NCBI GenBank assembly: GCA_943788985.1
Contig: CALSSJ010000010.1
Location: forward strand, 289,323 to 353,322
DNA: 64,000 bases
Origin: an uncultured Lentisphaerales bacterium
GTDB taxonomy: Bacteria; Verrucomicrobiota; Lentisphaeria; JABSQK01; UBA12247
Direction: 5' to 3'
In this document: positions 57,301 through 64,000 of the stretch, in pieces
How the letters are laid out: each line of letters starts with the position of its first letter
Numbering within the stretch: position 1 is the first letter of the stretch
The notes under the pieces: model-generated
Told to the model about the DNA's origin: nothing
Databases searched by the model: none
Seen by the model: the letters and a program-made list of their open reading frames with translations, nothing else
Made by a program: the position numbers and the translations under genes

Positions 57301-58221
57301 CAGACTGTGCCTGCGGTTGGTGAGAGCCGAGTCTATGCCTGGATTCGTTACGAGGACGACAACGGAGAGGTGGTCACGGCGGCCACGAACGAGGTCTTTA
57401 CGGTGGATGCCGGCTTGGAAATTGGCCGACTTTTGGTAGATGATCAGGTGGTCGCCTTGTTCGGGTATCATCCTACGGCATCGGCCAGTTTGGAGGCCAA
57501 CGATTCCACGGCCAGTGGCCCTATTGGGGCCGTGTTTGTCGTAGGGACCACCATGCTGACGGGGGACTTCCAGGCGGCGTCGGCTGCCGTTGGTCGCTGG
57601 CGGGTGGAAACGCTCGACCCTGTCACCACGCGGATCGGTTGGGAGCTCAGCGAACTGCTCGATGGGCGCAAGTGGTACCTGCAGCCTCTGGCAGACGGTG
57701 TACCGAGCGGGCCGGCGATCGATATGCTGTCAACCACGGAGTATCTTGCCCCTGGCTGGAGCGAATTTGAGCTCTGTCACGCAGATAGCAGCACGCAGTC
57801 GGTAACTCTTCCCGCGGGCTGGCAAACCTTTGGCGCCGCCCTGTTGACCACTCAGCTAAGCGAAGAGATTCTGGCAGGGGCCGGAGCGGGTTTGGATACG
57901 GTGTTTTCTTACCGCCGTGGGCGTTACCGCAAGGTGTCGGAACTAGTGCCTGGACGCGGGTATTGGGCATTTCTGGATAGCCCGGCCACAATTGCAATCA
58001 CTGGCGTCCCGGCCAGCGGCTTGATCCCGCTGAGGTCTGGCTGGAATATGATCAGCCCTGGCAGCGCGACGCTTCAACCATCCGGACTGGAGGTCTGGCG
58101 CTACGACGCTGCGCTGGAAGGAATGATTCCAGTCGCTGCCCATGAACTGTTGCAGCCGTCTCAGGCGTATTGGGTATTCAGCAAAAGAGCCGAGACCTTG
58201 CGGTTCGGCTCTTTAGACTAG
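54310..58221 (+). CDS. Secreted multidomain protein: right-handed beta-helix (pectate-lyase-like, putative polysaccharide-active), interrupted Big_9/cadherin-like Ig domain, lectin/SPRY-like domain, C-terminal 'GWN' repeats
   Basis: Signal peptide; 'GIFIESGRNITIRNC', 'QHNAYTEA', 'GNNLKDRSSDTVIRYNWIEGG', 'LYFHHNT', 'DLGAFEY'; 'GVLVND...TYTPDADANGSDSFTY'; 'LPAGWQ' and 'LRSGWNMISP'. Confidence 0.82.
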   Translation: MRLLPSHVVLLGAALCFTLSVNLSATVYRVGPGRALESIGDVPWEVISAGDLVEIYWRSTPYRDKFIIAGQGSAAAPIVVRGIPNPAGELPVLDGWGATTRTELSYAGESRGIIKIGYSIIPIRPPSCEYLESKGFDCDWAFVRDAIERNPYAGDPMFITVEGFHIKHARPGEHDGHDFLDDSGNNLWTDHSRDRIRIDEDGNEYIDHADDNLVAVKYQVNAAGIFIESGRNITIRNCIFEDGGNGIFSDEFTHDLLIEGCRFTGNGTVGSDRQHNAYTEAHGVTYQYNWMGSLRDGAAGNNLKDRSSDTVIRYNWIEGGGRQIDLVDTGSQDVFNDAGYQNTYVYGNVLIETHDEGNRQIVHFGGDQPDVSLYRKGNLYFHHNTVLSYRTSVTSLFRLHNHGQVYCRNNIIYLAVNTATSALSIMDIDEDPVLNIEFSRNWVNQGVVVQHQFGTVSDLIQTKDPGFGDLVGGDLTLRGDSVCRDVSFALVGNGASHPALCEYQLHQYGSARRASGTSDLGAFEYQLPAAIAGSANDTIRTDEDVAFVGFAANGVLVNDFLPRKKGVVPIVLTEPQKGHVRMQSDGGLTYTPDADANGSDSFTYALVELPPQIISAIATYGDAYDLAYSAGDRVKIVFDTPTDWAGGSGLHGKSTVDSLFQIRGAAGLEVIGADYQGCWKSNTCYEITVQDITGADAIAPGASYVRPVGALPIRSASGLSDPAFQDSPVLSGMFELAPIQWTSLVNAAAEPDGTLSETSDSASGWVGGGVSVQSVSEGNGIATYVVHEPARWVAIGWGDGNPGISHLEMDFCLKIHSQNALAVYEFGQIVKVPGNPLVIVKPGDQLAVELRDGAVLYWYNGTVHHTSTRTTADSVFPLYVDVSLGALAKAIRAWVGLPATEVEPAASAYIAQAAERIADSATVSVQIAPVPDLPALERVATTASEVSSVPNVATALAAPLHWHVYDPDGRITGWYASLANGQPPVDSGLWLPNPPDSQTVPAVGESRVYAWIRYEDDNGEVVTAATNEVFTVDAGLEIGRLLVDDQVVALFGYHPTASASLEANDSTASGPIGAVFVVGTTMLTGDFQAASAAVGRWRVETLDPVTTRIGWELSELLDGRKWYLQPLADGVPSGPAIDMLSTTEYLAPGWSEFELCHADSSTQSVTLPAGWQTFGAALLTTQLSEEILAGAGAGLDTVFSYRRGRYRKVSELVPGRGYWAFLDSPATIAITGVPASGLIPLRSGWNMISPGSATLQPSGLEVWRYDAALEGMIPVAAHELLQPSQAYWVFSKRAETLRFGSLD

Positions 58222-58262
58222 CCCAAGCGCGAGTATCGCGTAAGGGCCGAATAACTACGGGG

Positions 58263-58283
58263 ACCGGATTTGGCGAATCCGGT
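58263..58283. terminator. Hairpin between convergent genes
   Basis: ACCGGATT-TGGCG-AATCCGGT between the stops of the 54310-58221 gene and rpmF. U-tracts are weak. Confidence 0.45.
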
Positions 58284-58291
58284 TGGGCCGT

Positions 58292-58474
58292 TTAGTCGAC
58301 TACGATGGTCTCGTACTGCTTGCTTTTGTAGTGTCCGCAGCCTGGGCAGATGCGATGTGGCATTTTGGGAGCCTCGCATTCCGGGCACTTTGCGCTCTGA
58401 TTACCCTGATAGCGGTGCGTAGCCTTCCGCTGGCGGCACTTCCGCTTCGATACTTTGTGCTGTTGAACAGCCAT
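58292..58474 (-). CDS. rpmF: 50S ribosomal protein L32 (Zn-ribbon type)
   Basis: MAVQQHKVSKRK...RKA, CPEC...PHRICPGCGHYK. Confidence 0.95.
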   Translation of the reverse strand: MAVQQHKVSKRKCRQRKATHRYQGNQSAKCPECEAPKMPHRICPGCGHYKSKQYETIVVD

Positions 58475-58624
58475 GATAACACCTATATAGACGAAGAAAT
58501 CAAAAGCGTATAAATTAGCTGCACCGTGTCAACGTGCAACCTGAACCCCGCACGAATCCCTGCTCTTGCGGCAGCTAGCTCCAAATTGCTGGCTCTCGCC
58601 GCCTCAATCCTCACCGAGCGACTC

Positions 58625-59545
58625 TTAGTTGCTCTTAGATCTGGACAATAGCTCTGCAGCAGCGGTGGCGATTTTACGGTGGCCCTCGGGATTGGGGTGC
58701 GAGTCGGGGAGCATATCTTCCGCTTCGTACATGCCGTTGGAAATCGCGATGCCCAGTTCCTCGCAGAGCGCTGACAGGTGAGCGTTTTTAAAGCAAATCA
58801 AGACGCAAATCAGGGGCACGCCGGCTGCATCGCACGCCGCCTTGATTGCGCTTAGGTCTGGCCGCATCCCGTCTGCCAAGACCGCATCCGGATCCGCGAT
58901 TACCGGCGCATCGCTAAACCGATTTACCAAGGCGCGATAGCGGAGTGCGGCGAACTGGTAAAAATGGCTGTGCGCGCGGAGAAGGCGCTTTCCGGGGATC
59001 GGCAGGGACTTTCGCGCCTTTGGGAAGACGATGTACTGGCCGTCAAACGCGTAGGCAGGCTCCAAGTCGTTGGGGTTGATACCGATGATCACCGCCGCGG
59101 GGCCTAGCGGCAAAAGCTTGTCCTCAATCACGGCTCGGCACTGCGTCAGATTGTAGCCGCAAATCCCTGCGTTGATCGTTGCGGTGTCCGCAATGCCGGC
59201 GAGTTGCGCTGGCCACGCGTCCGTGTCATCGACCCCCATGCCGAAGGTGCATGAGTCACCCACGCAGGCGATAGGGCGCTCGCCTTCGGCTCCGGTCCTG
59301 CGAAAGCCGTCCGCGCTCACCGTCACCTTGCTGCGATACGAATTGCCAGCGTAACCAGGCACAAGCTCGTAGGCCAGTGGCGCAGCCGCAGTGCGATAGA
59401 GCTCGGATTCATAGACGATGCCGCCGCCAAATCCCAGGAGGCGGCAGCTAAATTCCGCGAGCGCAAACGCGAGCAGGCAGCCTATTCCAAGGCTGATGGC
59501 AACGAGGAGCAGCTTCGAACGAGTTTTTTTGGGCAGGTTCTGCAT
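58625..59545 (-). CDS. Membrane-anchored SGNH/GDSL hydrolase
   Basis: N-terminal TM; 'GDSCTFG', 'NAGICGY', 'NDL', 'DSHPNPEGH'. The ATG at 59545 is preferred over 59578. Confidence 0.85.
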   Translation of the reverse strand: MQNLPKKTRSKLLLVAISLGIGCLLAFALAEFSCRLLGFGGGIVYESELYRTAAAPLAYELVPGYAGNSYRSKVTVSADGFRRTGAEGERPIACVGDSCTFGMGVDDTDAWPAQLAGIADTATINAGICGYNLTQCRAVIEDKLLPLGPAAVIIGINPNDLEPAYAFDGQYIVFPKARKSLPIPGKRLLRAHSHFYQFAALRYRALVNRFSDAPVIADPDAVLADGMRPDLSAIKAACDAAGVPLICVLICFKNAHLSALCEELGIAISNGMYEAEDMLPDSHPNPEGHRKIATAAAELLSRSKSN

Positions 59546-59603
59546 CCGGAACCATACGTCGGTGCGCTTGCCTTTCACGTGGGCAGCTGGCAGGGTAGGA
59601 GGT

Positions 59604-61458
59604 ATGTCTGTGATCCTTGGAATTTCTGCTTTCTACCATGACTCCGCCGCCGCGCTTCTGGTGGATGGCGAGATCGTGGCTGCCGCCCAGGAAGAGCGCT
59701 TTTCGCGCAAGAAGCACGACCACCGATTCCCCCAGCAGGGCCGTGGACTTCTGCCTCAAACAGGCAGCCATCAGCCCAGGTCAGGGTCGACTACGTAGCA
59801 TTCTACGATAAGCCGCTGACGAAATTCGAGCGGCTGATCGAAACCTACCTCGAATTCATCCCATTTGGCTACCGTTCGTTTCGGCAGGCGTTGCCGTTGT
59901 GGCTGAAGCAGAAGCTACACCTGCGACGCGAGATCGCACGCGGGCTGGGAGGCCAGTTCAAGGGGCGCATGGTCTTTCCGGAGCATCACGAGTCGCACGC
60001 GGCGAGCGCCTTTTTCCCGAGCCCGTTCGAAGAGGCTGCCATTCTGACCATCGACGGTGTCGGGGGAGTGGGCGACCAGCTCGCTGGGAGGTCGGTCGTG
60101 GAAACCAGATTGAGCTGTCGCACGAGATGCGCTTTCCACACTCCCTTGGTCTGCTCTACTCTGCTTTCACCTATTATACTGGCTTCAAGGTCAACAGCGG
60201 TGAGTACAAGATCATGGGCCTGGCGCCATACGGAAAGCCCAAGTACAAAGACCTGATTTCTCGACGAGCTCATGCAGCTGCAGGACGATGGATCCTTCCG
60301 CATGGACATGCGCTATTTCAACTACTGCGGTGGCCTAACCATGACTTCCGGCCGCTTTCACGAGCTATTCGGTTGCCCCCCCTCGGCGAGCCGGAGTCGT
60401 CGCTCACCCAGCGAGAGATGGACTTGGCCGCATCTGTGCAGGCCGTCACTGAAGAGGTCATGCTGCGCATGGCCGCGCCACATTCACGAGCTTTGCGGAC
60501 TCCGCAATCTGGTGATGGCCGGTGGCGTCGCCCCTGAACTGCGTGGGCAACGGGCGTGTGTTGCGCGAAGGGCCATTCGAAAACCTCTGGGTCCAGCCCG
60601 CGGCTGGCGATTGCTGGCGGGGCGCTGGGCGCAGCTCAATTTGTCTGGCATCAGCTACTCAAGAAGCCGCGCAAGGTTTCTGGCGGTGACCTGCAGCACG
60701 GCTCCTTTCTCGGCCCTTCTTTTTCCGAGCCTGAAGTGGCAAAGGTCATCGCCGACGCTGAGGCCAAGGCCACCTGTTATCAGGATGACGACAGCCTTTG
60801 TGGCGCAGTCGCAGAATTGCTCGCCAGCGAGAACGTGGTGGGTTGGTTTCAGGGGCGCATGGAATTTGGGGCCGCGTGCTCTCGGAGCGCGCAGCATACT
60901 AGGCGATGCGCGCGAGTACCAACATGCAGGCCGCGATGAACCTGAAAATTAAGTTCCGTGAATCCTTTCGACCGGTTTGGCTCCCATCGTACTGCGGGAG
61001 CATGTCTCCACCTATTTCGAATTGCGCGACGAGGAAGACAGCCCATACATGCTGTTGGTCGCTCAGGTGCGCGAAGAAATGCGAGAGAATCAGGCAGAGA
61101 ATGAGGCGGCGCAAGGCATTGATCGGCTGCATGTGGGCCCGCTCCTGCATCCCAGCCGTCACGCATGTGGACTACTCAACGCGGCTGCAGACCATCGATA
61201 CAGAGCGGAATCCAATCACTCACAAGCTACTCAGTCGATTCTACGAGCGAAACCGGCATGCCCGTGTTGATCAACACCAGCTTTAACGTGCGCAGCGAAC
61301 CCATCGTCTGTACCCCCGAGGATGCCTATCGCTGTTTCATGATGACCGACATGGACGTGCTCGTGCTCGGCAGGCATGTGCTGTTGAAACACGAGCAGCC
61401 AAACCAGCTTACGCCAGAGCAACGCGACGCATATCTTGCGCAGTTTGAGTTGGACTGA
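59604..61458 (+). CDS. O-carbamoyltransferase (NodU/CmcH/SxtI family), multiply frameshifted in this sequence
   Basis: 'MSVILGISAFYHDSAAAL', 'AAAQEERF', 'EHHESHAASAF', 'NSGEYKIMGLAPYG', 'GWFQGRMEFG', 'KIKFRESFRP', 'INTSFNVR' spread over frames. Confidence 0.9.
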
Positions 61459-61460
61459 TC

Positions 61461-61865
61461 ATGAGCTTGCTATCTATAGACTTGGAAACCGTCCGCGCGG
61501 CAACTGCGGCAGTTTTCTGCAGCAGCGCTGCCAGCGTTGCCCCTGATTGGTTGGATCTGGGGGGCGCTACCCGACGTTCTGTGGAAGCTGGCTGCCGTGG
61601 GACTGGCGATCGCGGTTGTTGGCCTTGTCGTTCCGTGTCTGATTAGACCGTTATACATCGTGGGCTTGTGTGGTCGCTATCCCTATTGGCTTCGTGGTCG
61701 GCGAGCTGGCTATGCTGCTGACCTATGTGCTGGTGTTTCTTCCGATCGGAATCGTCTTTCACCTGCTTCGGCGTGATGCGCTTGCCATTCGGCGAAAATC
61801 GGATAGCTATTGGGTTCAGCGAGAAGCACAGAAACCCCCGGCCCAGCTACTACCGGCAATATTGA
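61461..61865 (+). CDS. SxtJ-family membrane protein (frameshifted)
   Basis: Hydrophobic 'PIGFVVGELAMLLTYVLVFLPIG...RRDAL...SYW', ending 'YYRQY*' at 61865; typical position after the carbamoyltransferase. Confidence 0.75.
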
Positions 61866-61866
61866 T

Positions 61867-62069
61867 ATGGCGGACCAGGACAACCAACCAAACGAATTCG
61901 AGTCCGCCGGCGATGAACAGCCGTCGATTCTCGTGGAAGTTTTTCTACTTCATGCGTGACAACAAGAAGTGGTGGATGCTCCCCCATCGTGATTGTGCTC
62001 GCGTTTCTGGGCATTCTCATCGCCCTGGCAGCAACTGGGCTCGCTCCTTTCGTCTACACGCTATTCTAG
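61867..62069 (+). CDS. SxtK/DUF5989-like small membrane protein (frameshifted)
   Basis: 'FMRDNKKWWMLP' and, across frames, 'APFVYTLF*' (TAG 62067-62069). Confidence 0.8.
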
Positions 62070-62087
62070 TTCGGCGTTCCTTGGCCG

Positions 62088-62635
62088 CTATCGATGCGGC
62101 CGACTGTTTGGTCTAGGCGCGAGTACTTTAGGTGCACTCAAAGCCCTTGAGATAGGCGGGCCATGGGCCCTCGCTGGGCGCTCTGGTGAGTACGCAGGAG
62201 GAAACGGTGCCGCGATGAGGATCGCGTAGTTGGCATCCTTCTTGGCAGCCGATGGCGTTGGCACTGCCGGATACCAGAGTGCGAGATCGCTTGCTGGTCT
62301 ACGCAGCGGGTTCGGGGTACCGGGAGTATTTCCCAGCTTGGCGCCGCGCCTGGGCTGCCTCTGGATACGTCGTGGATTCCGTGCCACTCGTGATCTCCGC
62401 AGCGGCGCAGGTGGATGAGATTGGGTTCGAGGAGATGTTGCGCGAGTTGATCATGGCTGGCGAGGACAGGGATACGACTTGTGCCATCGCTGGCCAGCTT
62501 GCGGGCGCGGCGATTGGCTATGCACGACACCCGAGGAGACTGATCGACCAGTTGCCAGACTCGGAGATCGTGCACCAAGTTTCGTCGGTGTTTGCGGAGG
62601 TCGCTCCAACTATACACGCAGAACGGTCGGATTGA
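62088..62635 (+). pseudogene. ADP-ribosylglycohydrolase family remnant
   Basis: 'GNGAAMRIA*LA' (in-frame TAG at 62227 where Pro is usual) and 'DRDTTCAIAGQLAGAAIG' in another frame. The N-terminal part is missing. Confidence 0.75.
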
Positions 62636-62655
62636 GCGAAGCGGCGTCTTCGATC

Positions 62656-63150
62656 TTAGAGGTCGATGGCGAGGGCAATCTCGTTGCAAGACTTGCGGCG
62701 CGGGCAGAGTCTGCAGTCCGACCAGACCTTTTGGGGGAAGTCGCTGTGGGTCATGTGGCGGAAGCCGACTCGAGAGAAGAGACCCTCTTCAAGGGTGAGC
62801 GTGAAGACTCGCTGGGCATTGCGGCGCTTGGCCATGTCCAGCACGGAGCGGACGAGAAGGCTGCCGATCCCTCGGCCGCAAAAAGATTCATCGACTGCCA
62901 GGGAGCGGAGTTCCTGGAGGCCTTTTCCGAAATCTCTGAGGGCTACACAGCCGACGATTTGGCCTTCGATTCGGGCTACGAGAAAGTTCTCGCAGTGGTC
63001 CGCGATGTCTGCGCCAGAGCGCGGCAGCAGGAAACCCCGCCCGGAGGCGCGGCAGATTACGGCGGCGATGGCTTCGCACTCCGCAAGATGTGGCGGCTCG
63101 CAGACCACGTCTGACCGACCAAAGCGTGCCTTAATCGGTGTATTTTGCAT
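62656..63150 (-). CDS. GNAT N-acetyltransferase, short ArgA-like (amino-acid N-acetyltransferase)
   Basis: 'LLPRS', 'IVGCVAL', 'ELRSLAV....GRGIG', 'VFTLT', 'PQKVWSDCRLCP...CNEIA'. Start codon uncertain (63150-63168). Confidence 0.8.
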   Translation of the reverse strand: MQNTPIKARFGRSDVVCEPPHLAECEAIAAVICRASGRGFLLPRSGADIADHCENFLVARIEGQIVGCVALRDFGKGLQELRSLAVDESFCGRGIGSLLVRSVLDMAKRRNAQRVFTLTLEEGLFSRVGFRHMTHSDFPQKVWSDCRLCPRRKSCNEIALAIDL

Positions 63151-63175
63151 GTTCATTGATCTTGTCATTCAAGCG

Positions 63176-63637
63176 ATGTCAGTTACGGTCCAAACCATGA
63201 AAGTCGGGCGAGCACCACAGGTATTGGTATTGGATGGCAGCCCGCTGCTCAGGCAGTTTTATTGCCATGTTCTGGGCAATAATGGATTTCAGGCTGTAGC
63301 AGCCGGGACTGTGAAAGAGGCGAAAGCAATTTGTAGCGACAGTCGTTACGATATCTGCTGCGCGCTCATCGATTTCACTGCCCAGACCAAGGAGCACACG
63401 GAGTTTGTTGATTCCGTGCGCAAGATGCCGACGCGCAAAGCAAAGCTGCCGATCATCTCGCTGATTCATCCGGAAACCGATCATCTTCCGCTACTGCGCA
63501 TCGCCCAACGCAGCGATTGCCTGATCGTACGTGGTGATTTCGATCTGCCCCGGTTGTACTTCTTTGTGCGGCAGTTCATACCACCAAGAAAGGCGGTCGC
63601 CATGGACGAATCCACAGTCATTGTAAAAACTGCGTAG
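63176..63637 (+). CDS. Stand-alone atypical response-regulator receiver domain protein
   Basis: 'VLVLDGSPLLRQ...L...GF', 'ALID', 'LPIISL'; this is the C-terminal 153 aa of ORF 62666-63637. Confidence 0.65.
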   Translation: MSVTVQTMKVGRAPQVLVLDGSPLLRQFYCHVLGNNGFQAVAAGTVKEAKAICSDSRYDICCALIDFTAQTKEHTEFVDSVRKMPTRKAKLPIISLIHPETDHLPLLRIAQRSDCLIVRGDFDLPRLYFFVRQFIPPRKAVAMDESTVIVKTA

Positions 63638-64000
63638 CCTAGGCAGTATCTGCTCGATCGGGAAGCCGATCACAGTACTCAGCAGTCCGTTGGTCCGGGA
63701 GACGAGCAAGTCGCCGCCGGTTTGAATGCCGTAGCTCCCGGCCTTGTCCAAGGGATCACAAACAGCGAAGTAGTTTTCGATCGTCGTATCAGTGAGCGTG
63801 TTAAAAGTGACTTCGGTGAACGCGTACCAGGTGGTGGCCCGGTTGCGATTTGCGCAAGCAATGTGTACTCCCGTGTATACAGCATGCGTCTTTCCGGACA
63901 GCAGCTGAAGCATTTCCGTGGCGTGTTCTAGGGAGTCTGGTTTGCCGAGGATCTGGTCGCCAAGTGCGACCAACGTATCTGCCCCGATGACTACTGCCTC
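63491..64000 (-). CDS. maf: Maf family nucleoside-triphosphate pyrophosphatase (5' end outside the window)
   Basis: 'VIGADTLV...ILGKP', 'LSGKTHAVYTG', 'DKAGSYGIQ', 'VIGFP'. Confidence 0.92.
   Translation of the reverse strand, partial: EAVVIGADTLVALGDQILGKPDSLEHATEMLQLLSGKTHAVYTGVHIACANRNRATTWYAFTEVTFNTLTDTTIENYFAVCDPLDKAGSYGIQTGGDLLVSRTNGLLSTVIGFPIEQILPRLRSFYNDCGFVHGDRLSWWYELPHKEVQPGQIEITTYDQAIAALGDAQ

Noticed and set aside
58625..62069. Saxitoxin biosynthesis cluster (sxtI/J/K homologs)
   Set aside because: The carbamoyltransferase-SxtJ-SxtK-SGNH cassette is widespread outside toxin producers, and no core sxt genes are present. The frameshifts here are probably sequencing errors.
40328..62229. 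Alternative genetic code or stop-codon reassignment
   Set aside because: The internal stops are of different kinds (TAG, TGA and TAA), and intact genes in the window end normally with all three.

Overview
GC-rich bacterial DNA, probably a long-read or metagenomic assembly: indels cluster in the repeats and at 59.7-62.3 kb. The gene style suggests the PVC group (Lentisphaerota-like), which is an inference only. The first 39 kb hold two giant, co-oriented surface-protein genes. The first is the 3' 21.8 kb (>7,000 aa) of a filamentous-haemagglutinin/TpsA-like beta-helical protein. The second is a ~5,800-aa Sec-exported protein with 44 Calx-beta-type domains (38 near-identical 336-bp units), ending in cohesin-like, dockerin-like and Ig-like modules. 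Its cysteine pattern suggests every domain is disulfide-stapled to the next. Downstream lies a VIT-vWA gene with two in-frame stops, then a minus-strand run: an atypical TpsB (FhaC/ShlB) transporter with a ~1,000-aa N-terminal coiled coil, followed by yebC, ruvC, two Gfo/Idh/MocA oxidoreductases and rsmE. The remainder holds a histidine kinase with a YhhQ/VUT-transporter-like input domain, two divergent secreted proteins sharing C-terminal 'GWN' repeats, rpmF, an SGNH plus carbamoyltransferase/SxtJ/SxtK-like cassette, an ADP-ribosylglycohydrolase remnant, an ArgA-like GNAT, an atypical receiver protein and the 3' part of maf. I saw no rRNA, tRNA, CRISPR array or transposase. All domain calls are motif recognition by eye, not database searches.
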